In this document: piece after piece, positions 46,641 to 59,906 of the stretch
How the letters are laid out: the number at the start of each line of letters is the position of its first letter
How positions within the stretch are numbered: position 1 is the stretch's first letter
NCBI GenBank assembly: GCA_023334545.1
Contig: JAADVB010000055.1
Location: 23,996 to 87,995 of the forward strand
Length of the DNA: 64,000 nucleotides
Direction: 5' to 3'
Source of the DNA: Salisapilia sapeloensis CBS 127946
Taxonomy: Eukaryota; Protista; Oomycota
Position numbers and translations under genes: made by a program
Notes under the pieces: model-generated
The model's database searches: none
Seen by the model: the letters and a program-made list of their open reading frames with translations, nothing else
Told to the model about the DNA's origin: nothing

Positions 46641-49600
46641 TCACGTCCGGTTGCTAGCCTGGTGCTTTTTCACCTGCTGAATCACGTCCTTGACGACGAC
46701 AGACATGGACGTCGCCTTCTCCAGCTCTAGACTCTTCTCTGGAAGCAAAGACAGGCAGCGGAGCAAAAGGTAGTGAGTCGCAGTCAGCGATGGCTCTTTG
46801 TCAAGCTTTGCGACCTGCTTGTCCGCAACCAGCGGCGGCTGGCTATCGTTGATGACCCACATGTGCACATCTGCAGGCAGGATGCTCATCACTCGTGCGT
46901 ACTCTGGCGCTGCCTTCATTCGCTGCAAAATCAACGACAGCCGCGCACGTGCTATCGATGCCAGTTTCTCCGCAATGCGTTCTGGTCGATTCAGCTTTTC
47001 GAAGGAGGCCTCGGCAGCTTCGTCCTGCCCACTCTCGTATAAGAATACAACTTGCTCCTCTCGGATCACTTGCGTCGGTAGCTCAAATGCTTCAGCTAGC
47101 TTAAAGCCGAGCTTGTCGTCATGCCGAAGTAACTTTCTAAGGAAAGCAGTGCGCTCCTCTTCTCTCTTGGAGGTTGCGTCTGAAGTGGACGTGGTGAATG
47201 TGTTCAGGCAGCAAAGAGACCTGGCATTCGGAGGATACAGTCTAGACAGTGGAGTGGGCGTCACGTTCGTAAGAACGAACGAGTCTAGAAGTAAAAGCAG
47301 ACTGACGTGGTCAGACACTTGCTGTCGAGAGACAGATCGAGGATCAAACGCGTACAGTCTGGTCATTAGGTCTGAAGCATCAGAGGATGGAGGCCAGTGT
47401 CTCTGGAAGACAGTTGGGAGATTGACTACTGATGTCCTCCAGTGCTTGGTATCGATCAGATCGCTTAAGACCGTTTGACTGTGTTCTTCCTCCTCGTCAC
47501 TGCAATCTTCCTCCTCTTCCTCTTCCTCTTCTTCTTCCTCGTTGTCTTCTATTGTGCTCATCGTGCCAGCACTGTCCTGCTCAAGATGTTTTAAAGCCAA
47601 TTGCAGCATCTCTATTAAGCTCTTGACAATGGCAAAGAACCGTCGAGCAGCTTGAGGCTGCAACCCTTTGCCTGTCCTCTTTCCTTGTGCACTGTCTTCC
47701 CAAAAAGAGACGAGTGTCGCCACGTGCGACCGGACGAAGTCTTCCCACACGAGATTGCACATCGCAGCTCTCAGCTTGGCACTTGACAGGCTCTCGATCT
47801 CCACCAATGCGTCTTCAAATTGATGCAATTCAGCGCGACTGGCGTTCCACGCCGTGCACAAGATGATTGCTCGAAAGCAGCCCAGAGCGTCCCCGTTCGA
47901 CAGTTGGGGGTAGCAAGCAAGCACGCCTGTCCAGTCCTTGAGCTGACTGGTTTCCAGCAGGGCGGCTGCCCAGTCCTCCTTTTCATTCTCGCCCAAAGCT
48001 TGAGTATGCTTCGTGCTCGAATTTAGCTGCAAGAGGGCAACGACACGCATGATGTCGTCCACTCCCTCCACAGCTGCTGCTGAAAGACGCCCTGCTCTGC
48101 CTAGACGCAAGGACAAATGGACAGTTTTGCTCAAACAGGAACGCAGGACGGTCCAGCGCATGCCGCCTTCGACATTTCGAAATTTACCCAAGGACTGCTC
48201 TTCCGCACGCTCAGCTTCACGCTCCTCTCCGAACGCCAAGTGGTCGCATAAGACACAGGCATGGATGACGCGATGTGTGCTAGAGCAATGGGTGAAGAGG
48301 CGAGAGAGAAGGTCCGGGTAGGAGGACAGGTGCTGTCGACGAATGGCAATGGGGTCGAACGGCTCCTCTTCCTCTTCCTCTTCAAAGGTGAGCTGGTCAA
48401 AACAAGGTTGGAGAAAGCGTTGCAGTCCGGATGAAGTAGAGGCTGGAGGGATGGAAAGTAGAACGTCAAAGGGAAGAGACAAAAACCATTCCATAAAGAG
48501 CGATGGGAGGACCTCTTTCGATAGAAATAGTCGACCATGGATGCGCTGGAGCTCCTGCACTGTGAACACACTCGTCAACACAGGGACAAAGAGCAAAGAG
48601 AGCAGTGGTGCTTTGTCGGGACACTTTCGCTGCAGTACTGGTTGCTGCAGAGTGTCTAGAGCTTTTCGGAGAAAGTCATCTGCACCTATAGACTGGTCGA
48701 ACACAGCCACGAGCTGCTTGTTTTTTGCAAGAGACACGTCTGTGAATGGAGACGAAAAGTACTCTAGAAAGCGTTTGCCGGACATGCGACCGGCAGCTTC
48801 GATCGAATTGACGAAATTAGTGCACATGTCACCATCACTTGTCACGCCTGCCCGTAGGTAGAGTTCAAGCCAAGGTAGCACGTCGCTTGGATTAGTTTCG
48901 TCATTCGGACCTGAGTACGCCCCAAGCATTTGCTCCGAGAGTGGTTGAGCGCTCTTGATTGCTTTACGAGAATTATTAAACTCTTTCGTTAGCTGCACAA
49001 AACCCGAGAGCAGTGCCACGTGCCACATCACTTGCCACCTCAGTGTGACCGCTTCCAAGGGTTGCTCATGAAGGGTTTTCGCTAAGGTCACTTCGATGCT
49101 TTTTAATGCATTTAGAAAGTCCTTCGCTGGTAACTGGTCAAATTCCGAGCTGTAAAGTGTTTCATGCAGCGACTGGATTGACCCAAAGCTTGACAAGCCT
49201 TCAATCTCTTGCCAAACGTCAGAGCTAATGACACTTGCATGCAATTTACCAGTGATCTGATGCAACAAAAATGTTTCTTCCTGTAGCTTGCTCTTGTTGA
49301 AGTACTTGAGGACGGCATCTTCATCTGCTAGCGTCGGTAGGAGCTCCATCACGTCCATTTCACCTACTGTGTCACTTGGTGTCGCGACCACGCATGTTGC
49401 ATTCTGTTCGTCTCGATCGATGTCGCCCAACAACCGAGCATTGTTTCCGACAGCCAACGAGAACACTTTCGGTCCATATCGTGGTCGCCATATGTCGATC
49501 ATCCCTCGTGTGGCTGAATAGATAACCAAGTACAGCCCTTTCTTTCGATCCTTCCCTTCCATACAGTGCATCCATGCCACCTGCGCTTTACGATAGCCTT

Positions 49601-50582
49601 TCCACATGCGAATCACCATCATCCGAGACGTATCTAGCAGAGAAACACGGCCCAAAGTATCTGCAATGACTGCCAAACGGCCGTTAGGACTGACTATCAT
49701 TTGTCGACAGCGGCGTCTGTAATCTTCCGACACGGTAAACGTTCCACCGAGTGGCGCAGGAACGTGGTCAGCTGCACCTCGCATATCCTCCGTTTCGCCC
49801 ACTGACTGCTCGCCATTGAACGGTGTCCAGCTCTTTGCAAAAGACCAGACAGCGCCAGCAGCCTTGGATGCCATGGCTGTGGCAATGTGGGCTAGATGGA
49901 TGATTGAATTTTGGTCGTTTCCAGCCTGGTAAAAGGAAACAAAAGGACCTGCTCCAACGCTAATAATGGTATAAACGCCAATGCGAGGGTGAGACTGAAA
50001 GATGGAAGGTTTAGGAGAACCACAGGGAATGGCTGCTACACTCTCCGCTTGGTCTCGAAGCGAATATTTACGAAATTTGGTCACTTGGGCTGGATACAGC
50101 AAGATACTGGAGATGCGAGATAGAATGTCGGATGTTTGCAAGATTACAATAGTCGCATCGTGGTACAGCAGCCACAGTTCAGAAGCTGTGGACAAAGGAG
50201 CCGAGTGCATCTTAAGACTTCGAATAGAACTCGAATGGAATTGCTGGCTGAATTGGAGACTGCCGTCCGTGTTAAATACACGCAAGTAGCCAGTCGTGTA
50301 GCTAGCTGCCACTGTATCATGGTTAATGAAAAGCAGGTCTGTAATTTCTTCGTCTACTTCCAGGTTCAGTCTTTCTGAGACTAGGAGAGGCTCAACATCT
50401 TCAATATCTTCTCCGTCCTGCTTTGAGCAGTAGATTTGGTGTTGGTGGGCAAATGCGATGCGGTTTGTAGGTGATAATGCCGCTGGAACGGATGTGTTCG
50501 GAAGAAGTGAGGTAAGATCGAAGTCTTCTTGGCTGCAGTAAAGGCGGTGTACCAGTCTGTGTGTATGAGCAGTTGCATCCAT
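46641..50582 (-). CDS. RAB3GAP2: Rab3 GTPase-activating protein non-catalytic subunit
   Basis: SPNGRLAVIADTLGRVSLLD..MVIRMWKGYRKAQVAW and LVIYSATRGMIDIW are RAB3GAP2-N-type motifs; ASKAAGAVWSFAKSW. Likely ATG 50582 (MDATAHT). Confidence 0.85.
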   Translation of the reverse strand: MDATAHTHRLVHRLYCSQEDFDLTSLLPNTSVPAALSPTNRIAFAHQHQIYCSKQDGEDIEDVEPLLVSERLNLEVDEEITDLLFINHDTVAASYTTGYLRVFNTDGSLQFSQQFHSSSIRSLKMHSAPLSTASELWLLYHDATIVILQTSDILSRISSILLYPAQVTKFRKYSLRDQAESVAAIPCGSPKPSIFQSHPRIGVYTIISVGAGPFVSFYQAGNDQNSIIHLAHIATAMASKAAGAVWSFAKSWTPFNGEQSVGETEDMRGAADHVPAPLGGTFTVSEDYRRRCRQMIVSPNGRLAVIADTLGRVSLLDTSRMMVIRMWKGYRKAQVAWMHCMEGKDRKKGLYLVIYSATRGMIDIWRPRYGPKVFSLAVGNNARLLGDIDRDEQNATCVVATPSDTVGEMDVMELLPTLADEDAVLKYFNKSKLQEETFLLHQITGKLHASVISSDVWQEIEGLSSFGSIQSLHETLYSSEFDQLPAKDFLNALKSIEVTLAKTLHEQPLEAVTLRWQVMWHVALLSGFVQLTKEFNNSRKAIKSAQPLSEQMLGAYSGPNDETNPSDVLPWLELYLRAGVTSDGDMCTNFVNSIEAAGRMSGKRFLEYFSSPFTDVSLAKNKQLVAVFDQSIGADDFLRKALDTLQQPVLQRKCPDKAPLLSLLFVPVLTSVFTVQELQRIHGRLFLSKEVLPSLFMEWFLSLPFDVLLSIPPASTSSGLQRFLQPCFDQLTFEEEEEEEPFDPIAIRRQHLSSYPDLLSRLFTHCSSTHRVIHACVLCDHLAFGEEREAERAEEQSLGKFRNVEGGMRWTVLRSCLSKTVHLSLRLGRAGRLSAAAVEGVDDIMRVVALLQLNSSTKHTQALGENEKEDWAAALLETSQLKDWTGVLACYPQLSNGDALGCFRAIILCTAWNASRAELHQFEDALVEIESLSSAKLRAAMCNLVWEDFVRSHVATLVSFWEDSAQGKRTGKGLQPQAARRFFAIVKSLIEMLQLALKHLEQDSAGTMSTIEDNEEEEEEEEEEEDCSDEEEEHSQTVLSDLIDTKHWRTSVVNLPTVFQRHWPPSSDASDLMTRLYAFDPRSVSRQQVSDHVSLLLLLDSFVLTNVTPTPLSRLYPPNARSLCCLNTFTTSTSDATSKREEERTAFLRKLLRHDDKLGFKLAEAFELPTQVIREEQVVFLYESGQDEAAEASFEKLNRPERIAEKLASIARARLSLILQRMKAAPEYARVMSILPADVHMWVINDSQPPLVADKQVAKLDKEPSLTATHYLLLRCLSLLPEKSLELEKATSMSVVVKDVIQQVKKHQASNRT

Positions 50583-50891
50583 CTGAATGGGTAATTTCGA
50601 GGCTCGTAGAAACGTTCTAGGTGAGACGCAGAAGAGCGTAGAGCAGCAGGAAGCTGACGGGAGAAACTCGAGATTCGACCTGTCTGAGTCTCTTCCGAAC
50701 AGCAACCGAAAATAGTGTCGAGATATACATAATACCAGGTAATTTAGGATGTGTATATCAAGCCATGAGGACGGTCCGAGTCGAGATGGAATTGGACATA
50801 GAGACAATCGCCACGAAATGAAGTAAATTGCAACTGGTGCTTTTCTTTTGTGTTTGTGAATATAAAGCTCAAAGTAGACTTACGTACAAGA

Positions 50892-51839
50892 TTAGCAACA
50901 GCCATCGTTTTTCTGGTCTTGTGCTTCGTCGACGCGAAACGTACTGTTGGCGTTGGCGACATCCAGGCGCTCGTGCTCGCTTTCTGCTAGCCGTTTCTGG
51001 ACATCCAGAGCGATGGAGCGGAATGCGTCCGAAACGTTCGTGTTGTCTTTGGCGCTTGTCTCGAAGAACTGGATGCCAAATTCGTCTGCTAGTTCCTTGC
51101 CTTGCTGGTAGGTTACAGCCTACGACGCTTGTGAATAGAAGAAAAGTGTATATTGTTTATAATACATACCCTTTCGGACGGATCGACGTCGCACTTGTTA
51201 CCGATGAGAATTTTATTCACGTTGGCGGATGCGTTCTGCTTGATCTGAGTCATCCAGTTTCGAATGTCTATCACGGCACAGTCAGATAATCACTCGATAT
51301 GTCGCACGGCATACTTCTTACTTTGGAAAGAGTGCTCGTCGGTGACGTCATAGACAAGGAGGATGCCCATGGCGCCACGGTAGTACGCTGTATTCGTATC
51401 GCAATAAAATTGTGAGCAGGACGCCAGTGGAAGTAAAATGAAAAGGTATACCAGCAGTGATGGTTCGGAAACGCTCCTGCCCGGCTGTATCCCATATCTG
51501 GAGCTTGATCTTTTTCCCATTTACATCGATGGTCTTGACCTTAAAGTCGATACTAAGCAATACGATCGCAAGTGAGATCTTCTATTGGAAGCGAATAGCG
51601 TGGTGTAAAAGCGCATGTACCCAATCGTAGTGATGAAGGACGTCGTGAAGGAGTCGTCCGAGTATCGCAAAAGCACACAACTCTTGCCGACACCTAATGA
51701 TGCCAAGAAACCGATTAAAAGAGATGTCATAAATATTTCAAGTACAGCCTTTTCATGCCGACACACGAGTCGAGCACATACCACTGTCGCCTATGAGTAG
51801 GAGCTTGATGAGCAAGTCGTATTTGCTGCTTTGGACCAT
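50892..51839 (-). CDS. RAB8: Rab8/Sec4-family small GTPase (multi-exon)
   Basis: [70 protein letters not shown]-terminal NDGCC prenylation motif. Confidence 0.93.
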
Positions 51840-52119
51840 CACGAAGAAGAGCTATATGAAGGGAGAGGACAAGTCGGCGGAAGCTCCGGTCAACTGCGTT
51901 TCGATATTCGTGTCACTGTTGGATGACTGCGACAAATATTCTGAGCATCTCACGAACAAATTTTAAAAATTATGGCCATGCCGACATTACCATGTTGGTC
52001 CAGAAAAAAGGTACAAATTGAAAGTTCCGACATCGCTCGGCAGATATCTTTGTAGAAACCAGAGCTGCATGCGGCATGTGATTTACGAAATTGATAATGT
52101 ACCGCGTCTATATTTATTC

Positions 52120-55100
52120 TTACCCATTATCCTCTATATTGTATTCCGCAACCTTCGGTCGAATTTGGTCCACAAGAGACAAGGCTGCTTGGCGCTCGGT
52201 TTCCACATCAAACGCTTTCATCGTCTCCGCCGCACACGTAGCTAGTGAAACTGCATAGCTAAAGTCGCTTTTGCGCAGACCAGTTCCATGAGCTCGACTT
52301 AACTGGACTTGTGTCTCATGTAGCCAAGTGTCAACGACATTGAAAGTACCACTGTGGGCATTCTTACTCGCCTCAGCTCTCTGTAGCAACTCATCGTATT
52401 TTATCTCAAGCTTGGCAATATCCAGTTGGGTGCGTGCATAGGCCAAATCGAGCTGGAAGAACCCTCCGCTTTTGCTCGCTTCGCCCTTTGTATTTTTCCA
52501 TATTGGTAGATCCAGACGACAGCCCAGACTTTGTTCTAGTAAACTTTGAGCGCGCTCCATCGGCTTCACGTTAGCATCGATCTGAGACAAAATGTCCTGG
52601 TACTCAAGCAGCAAGTGGGCGAAACGAGATAGCCACCGAGAAAGCTGCGCCTTGGATGCAATGACAGACAGTAGTTCAACTACGCCGTCAAACGCAGCTT
52701 CAGAGCTCCGAAACATCTTCAGCGCGTCTTCAGGTCTTACTTCTTGGTATTCCTTTACGCTTTTTTTCAATAAGAGCACAAACAGCTCACCTTGAGCTTC
52801 TGCTAGGCTTAGCATGGCACTTAAATCAATCACGTCGGTGCCATCGGAAGCTCCTTTGAGCAACTTTTGAAACTCATGGCTCTTCTGAAGAAGGTTCGAA
52901 GCCAGCAAGGCGCAGTCCATTTGAAACAATTTGGAAGATGCTTGCTTGATGACTAAACGTAGAATGCGAATAGAGAGATCCTTGTCTGTGAAGAGTTTCA
53001 CAGCAGTGATTGCACTCTCCACGAACACTGATGTTTCAATAGACGGTCGCTGCAATGCATTGCATATCGTCGTCACAGCAGCCTCATAGTCACCTTTCGA
53101 AGCCGACAGTATTGCCGAAACAACCTCCGTTTCAAGCTCTAGTTGTTCATCATTAGTCGCCTTGGTTTGAGCAGAAATAGCCTCTTCCATTATATGATGG
53201 AGCGATTGTGCCTGCTCTAGACGATTGACCTGCAATAGAAACCTGCAAACTCGAAGAGCGCTGAATAGGACATTTGGCTGGCTAGTGTCCATTATCATTC
53301 GGCTGCATCCCACAACTAACGCTTTCTGGTCTAAGTGCATTCTACTGTACGCCTGAATGTCTTTCGAAAATGCATGTGTCTCTGCGATAATCTGCGAACA
53401 CACTGTAGTCTCGATCTTATCCTTTTCTGATATAAGCTGCGCTGCCTCCATGACAGAGGCCAATGTAAGGTTCATTTCAGTTTCTACCACAATGGACTTT
53501 TGGCTGAAGTACTGGTGGTATACGACCAAGTGAAAGGCACTGACCGACAGTGCCATTTCCAAGCAGCCTTCATCTTTTAAAATCGCCACGAGACTAGATA
53601 ATAGCCACGACGTCTGCGTCGGTTGGCTAATGTGACGATGACTTTCACTCTGGCAAGCAGTCAGTGCTTTGCACCATACCGCGTGGAAAGACTGTTCTTT
53701 TGAATAATTCAAGAAGAATGCCGGCCATTCTTCCAGACTGGAAGGAGCAACGTGACGAACAGCTTGGCTTTGACACCACTCATCAAAATCCATCCCGGTT
53801 GATTTCTCCTGCTCAAACTTTTCCTGAAGTTCTACTTGGTTGGTGACAGCAACAATCTCCGTCCAGAGTCGTTGAACAACTGCGAGTGCTGCTAACGCAT
53901 GAGACCATCTATCTTGGCAGTTGGAACTTGCCAAAGCCTTCATTATTGCAATATTTACCAGCTTTTCATCGTACCAAAGAGCCGAGTACGCTATATCTGC
54001 CGTGCTCAAGGCTGCTGACGACTCTGAAGACATCAAGCCAGACGTGGACCTCCTTTTAGGCAGCTTTGGTCGTACCAATTCCTCTGTTGAGATCTGTGAT
54101 AGTATTTTCGACTCTTCTAGTCGGCAGCGTCGCAGTATTTCTGCTGCTTTTAAGAGATGATCTTGAACAACTTGTGATGGAAAGCGATACGTGTGATACC
54201 AATGGGCCAAATGGATAAGCAGAATAGCTTGCTCCTGCTTTTTGTCGTCCAGCTTGGCGTAAGCTTCTGTAAGGAACTTAAGTTCGATAGCAGGATTCTT
54301 CCATGATGCTGCGGCAATTTGCTCTAAAGTGTTTGCTTGCTCGACAGGATCACCAGACCTTTCATTCGCACTAACTCCGTCCATACCAATTTCACTATTG
54401 CCCATATTGGCACTAGCAATGGTCTTGTAGGACTTTATGTTACGCAAGGTATCGGTCGGAATCACTTGCTGCATGCTTCTCTTGCTACGGTTGTTTAAAC
54501 TGATAGCAGCTTCAGCAACCTTTTGAAGTACTTCCCACAATCCGAGATCCTCTGCCATTTTCAATGACAGCAGAGCCAGGTTTCCGTAGAGCTGCATACC
54601 GTACTCGACAGTCGCTGCAACTTTACCAAATTGGTTCAGGAAAGAGTTGAAGTTCTCGATGATGGTTGTTTCGGGGCTTTTCACTGCTTCCTCTGGCATT
54701 GAGGTTTCCGCATGATCCTCATAGCCATCGTTTTGAAGCAATAACAGTACATTCCAAGCAATTTGGGCTGCACGATACGCGGTTTTTGGTGTCTTAGCCA
54801 ATATGCTGCATTCGCAGACCTGCACAAAGCGATCAATGGAAGTACTCACAACTTTCATTGGCGGATATTCCGAATCCGCCGACGCCAATATTGATTGTCC
54901 ATCAAGGAGATGGGCAAGTGCGATCCATTTGTAGGTATCTTTGTTAATAAGCTTAGGCAAAATACTTGGGGAAGATGCCAGTGTGATCTCAAGAACTTCT
55001 TTCGCACAAGACTGTGCATCATCTAATTGCTGGAACTGGTAGCACACAAAGCCCAATCGCGTCCAGAGCTCGACGTATATTTGTAGTTGCTCCTGGCGGG

Positions 55101-58100
55101 TTTCAAACGATCCGCCTGTATCAGTATCGCAAATCTCGCGCATAAGCTCTTTAGCTGCTGCTTTCCACGAGTCGGTTGCCAGAGTAAGAAATTCAGTTGG
55201 TTTCTCCTTATTATTCGATTGCTGGAGTAACAGCCATTCCGCCGCTTCCAGGTACATGGCCGATCTTATCCTGACGCGAATACCTTCTTCTATTGTACAT
55301 TTTCCGGCATTTTGGAGAAGTTGTATTCGAGTCTGAATCTCAGCTAAGGACTTTTGTTGGAGTTCAGTAAATGGAGGGTTCTCATCGTCACCGGTTGTGT
55401 ACATACCAGTTAGTTGCAATGCTTGATCATACTTCTGCAGCTTTTCGTAGACCTTTGCAGCGCCCACCGCAATCTCACCGACAAGCAATGAATCTACTTT
55501 TAATCCCAGTAATTTTTTTATGCTGGCAGATATGGAGTCCATGAATGTCACGAATTCGGGTAGAAGCCACGCTACGTCGATCTTTTCTTGAGAATGAAGC
55601 TCGAGTTGGCTATTATAGCCTAGTACCTCGATAATGGTACTGTGATTTCTCCAAAAATGACAGCATACAATTTCGATAGCTGAAGACGAATGTATCTCTA
55701 AAGCGATTCGGAACGCTGAGTCTAACTGCGTCAGTATGTCACGCTTCCAGGATAATAGTTGTTGCTCCAGTTCTTCAACACGTTTCTGCAGCAGGGCAAT
55801 ACCTTGCTTTTCGACCTCATTATCATCCACGCCCTGTAAAAATTCACTGAGATCATCTGAAGAGCGATGCAAGCCGCATACGAAGCTATCTGGGTGTAAA
55901 AGTGCCATACATGCGGCCTCCGTTTCTTCTGGGTACTTTACAACCTTGCTTCCAATCCCATTGAATCCTCTTTTTGCATATAAAGCATCTGCTTCTCGAT
56001 GTGCTTCTTCCTTCCGCTGAAGAGAAATTTCCAAAGTACTGACCAGTAAGAGTCGGAAACTAGCGTGCCTTGCCTGCAAGTCTTGGGCTTGCGTCAGAGT
56101 GTACAGTGGTGAAGGTACCTGATTTGAGCTGTTAGAGTCGTTCTGCGTTTCAAAATATACCTTTAAGACTTTATTAATGATATCCATGGCGAATGCGCTG
56201 TCGAGTGCGTTATCCGACGATATGGAAGCTAGTTCGTACCAGAAATCTAGCAGCCGCACAGCTTCTTCGGTGCCTTCACTAGATTGAAGGTCCATGGTAT
56301 CAAACCATTCCATCCCTTTATCAAGTAAGCCTTTGCATTGCTCCTTTATAGATTCCTTTCGCAATCGATCCAGCAACCACGCCATTTTCGAGATAAGTGG
56401 GTCCGTCGAATCTGACTCGTTGTTCCTGACCTGGGAAATATCTAATCTTTTGCTGTAAGGAACAAGCTCTCTATCGATGCACCTAATGTAGGCCCATTTT
56501 GCAAGCTGCTCAGGTTTGAGCGCTTCTTTCAGTGCATCACCATCGTCTGATAGTGATGCCGGGGTTTGCAACGTGCCATAGTCGAGGTGTGTTGCTTTTC
56601 GAATATTCGATGCAGCATCTTCCGTCAGACCAGTGGAAACTTGAAACTTGGAAAGCTCCAAATGCAATCTTACTCGCAACTCAAGAAGTGGTGAATCATA
56701 ATCTTCTAGAGCGTCTGCGGCAACTTGGAATAGTCGTGCAATAACTTTTCGGGTTTTGCCTCGTAAGAGACCGTGGGTGAGATTCCAAGCACAAAGACAG
56801 ACTCGCTCGATGAGATGGGCATTGCACTGCCTTCGAGCGGATCGTACAGCTCCTTCTAACAGCTTGATGGCCTCTATCTTTTTCGAGAACACAAGCTTTG
56901 CTTTGTCTTTGCGAGTGAGAACTTGCATCGGTTTCTTCGGCAGCTGAGGTTTCGAGAACAGCAATGCTGCCTGCAGCACGCTGTGGAGGGCTCTGCTTTT
57001 GGGTGGCATGCTGTTTCCTTGAAGCTGAAGAACTATGTTGCAATGTTGAGCAAACTGTAGTTCTTCATTCATGGTAGCAACCATGCCGATTTCTCCAACC
57101 GATTCATAGTCAATATTCTTGGCAGCTACCTCGGTTAAAGAGCGAAGAAACGAGCTGACGTCGTTGTCAGTTGAGTCAGCGATAGAGTACTCTGCCATGC
57201 CAGTTGCTGGTCGAAAGACATCTTCATATGACTCGGGTGCTGGTGGAAGCTGGTTTTGAGCCCTTTGCACCGCGACAATGTGACTGCTCCGTCCTTGAAG
57301 CTTCTCTTTTAGGGCATTTAGAGCTGGATCAAGCTTTTGAGAAGCGCCTCCATCTAAGGTGCTAACGTGAACAACTAGACGCAATGCCTCTTCACCAATG
57401 GACTCAGTTTCTGGTCTTGAACTCAAATCTTCCTTTGAGAGTGCTGGCAACAGAGTCATTTCGACAAGCTCGGCGAGTGCATCTGCGGCAGCGAAGGCAT
57501 TTCTTTTGTCCAACCAAGCCAAGACAATGCTCAGCTGCAACCTGGACGCCCATAGCAAGTCACTTTCTTCGCTCAACGTATAAGCTTTTGTAATAGTCAA
57601 GAGAGATGGTAGCAAGTACTGGAATGTAGATGACTTCATAAGTGGACGAACAATCCACCAGTATTCAACTGAAGCATTGTAGATGAGAAAATTGTACCGT
57701 GGCTGCTTTTCTCCCTCCTGCGCAATGGACAGTACCTTCAATATGGGCTCGATGGCATCAATCAGTGCACTTAACTTGGCGACCCCGTTCTCTTTTCGAC
57801 CAGCATACGCGACTGACCTCGCCTGAACGAGCAGCATGCGACAAAAGAACTAGAGGACATGTGAAACAATGAACTAGAACATCACAATCACGAGACGGTG
57901 GATACCTGATCGTGCTGTTCTGACAAGGATTCAAACCAATCTACACATTCTGCTGCACTTTCGAAATCCTGTTGACGGGCTGCTGCTTCAGCGATTAGAA
58001 CAAGTGTCTGGCGTAGCTCTGCAACAGTCAATCTTGCAGGCGACGGCTTGCTTCGAAGGGGTCGCAACTTTTTGAGTACAGTTGCAGCTCGTGCTTCGCC

Positions 58101-58166
58101 TTCATTGTTGGATAACCTTCCACCATAGGCGCGCAGTACTCGACGCAAGTCGTCGTCCACAACCAT
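52120..58166 (-). CDS. CFAP46: Cilia- and flagella-associated protein 46-like (TPR-like helical)
   Basis: PRYNFLIYNASVEYWWIVRPLMK matches my recollection of the CFAP46 N-terminal segment. Exon 1 (58166-~57906) splices to the 1905-aa ORF. A short extra 3' exon below 52120 is possible. Confidence 0.75.
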
Positions 58167-58262
58167 GAGGCAAACCGTTTCAATGTGCCTGTTCCAAACT
58201 TAACAAGTAACCAAAAGATGAGTCGATGGGAAGTGCGCCTATATTAGAGAAAGGAGCCGCCT

Positions 58263-59906
58263 CTACTTTTTCTTTGTGAGCCCCGACACGATATCATCGA
58301 TGCGCAGGAGCATACAGGCAGCTTCCACAGCAGTCTTGATCGTCTGCGTTTTCACCTCAAATGGTTCCCACACACCAAGCTCGGAGGACGGAAGCACCTT
58401 GCCCAGGACGCCATCGATGCCACAAGCGTCGGTCGTCTCAGCCTGCTTGGCTCGCAGCGCCGTCATGACACGCACGACGTCGGCACCACAGTTCTGGAGA
58501 AGTGTGCGAGGGATGACTTCTAGCGCTTCTGCGACGGCGCGGAACGGGAACTGCTCGACCCCCTCAATTTCGTCCGCCTTCTTACGCAATTCGTTTCCGA
58601 GACGCATCTCCGTGGCGCCACCACCTGGAAGCAGGCGCGGCTCGAAGACGACGTTTCGTGCGACCTGCATGGCGTCCTGGAGGTTGCGCTCAATCTCGTT
58701 AAGCACATCCTTGCTACCTCCGCGCAGCAAAATGGAGCAGGCACCAGGGTGCTCGCACTCTTCAAAGAATGAAAAGTACTCGTCACCAACCTTGCGGACT
58801 TCGAAGAGCCCACACTCGGTACCAATGTCCGACTCTTGGATTTCGTCCGCGCGAGAGACAATGGTGGCACCGGTCGCTCTAGCGACACGGTTGTTGTCTG
58901 TTTTTCGAAGACGACGGAAGGCAGTGATGTTGGCCTTGACAAAGTAGTGTTGAGCCAAGTCTGACACACCCTTCTCCGTGATGACAATGTCCGGCTTCAT
59001 GGCCACAATCTGAGCGCACAGGTGCTCTATGTACTCTTCCTCCAGTCGCAACAACGTGTTCCAGTCCTGGTCGTTCGTCAGCTCCACATTCGTTTGGCTC
59101 TCGCCCTTCTTGTACTCGAGCGGGCAGTCCAGAAGCAGCACGCGAGGCTTCTCGATACGTCGGCGCATCTTGGAGTGGGTCACATCCTTGTTGAACATGA
59201 CACCAGAGAGGACGCGACTGTCCTCCAACTCTCCACCCGGGAGCTTCTCAACCTTAGCATATCTCTTCACGTCCACCTCCTTCTTACCCGACGGAGAAGT
59301 ACGAGCCACCGTACGCACAGCGTTCAGAGCGAGATCACTGACGAGGTTGCCGACTCGAGGCGAAAACTTCGTGCCAACGGAGGACAGGATCAAATTGCGC
59401 ATCTGGTCCTGGTCGTCTAAACTCACTGGCGTAGAGAGTTTCTCGGCACTTTCGAGCGCTGCTTCCAGCGCACGACGGAAGCCTCGGATGACGACGGTCG
59501 GGTGCACCTGGTTCGACAAGAAAGGCTCTGCGACGGTCAAAAGCTCCCCAGCCAAGATGATCACTGAGGTGGTGCCATCACCGACTTCCTCGTCCTGAGC
59601 ACGACTGAGTTCGATCATACTTTTGGCCGCTGGATGCGAGACGTCGACTTCTCGCAGAATGGCGTTACCGTCATTGGTCATCACGATACCACCCATCGGG
59701 TCCAGCAGCATCTTCAGCATAGAACGCGGTCCGAGCGTCGTGCGCACAATTTCGGACACGGCCTTTGCGGCCTCAATGTTGCCAAGCTGCGCGGTGCGAC
59801 CGGTCTCACGCTTGGTGTTTGTGTCTAGTACAGCCCAAGATTATTTCATGCAGACAAGGTATATGCAGTAACGAGGCATACTTAAAACCATCACAGGGGC
59901 CTGCAT
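58263..59906 (-). CDS. CCT3: T-complex protein 1 subunit gamma
   Basis: MQAPVMVLN|TNTKRETGR, RTTLGPRSMLKMLLDPMGG, VGDGTTSV, LEYKKGESQT, TAVEAACMLLRIDDIVSG. Confidence 0.96.

Noticed and set aside
46773-48861. Plus-strand ORFs inside RAB3GAP2 (226, 172 aa)
   Set aside because: Antisense shadows with no motifs.
58276-59598. Long plus-strand ORFs opposite CCT3 (223, 132, 189 aa)
   Set aside because: Antisense shadows of a strongly codon-biased gene; S/R/T-rich with no motifs.
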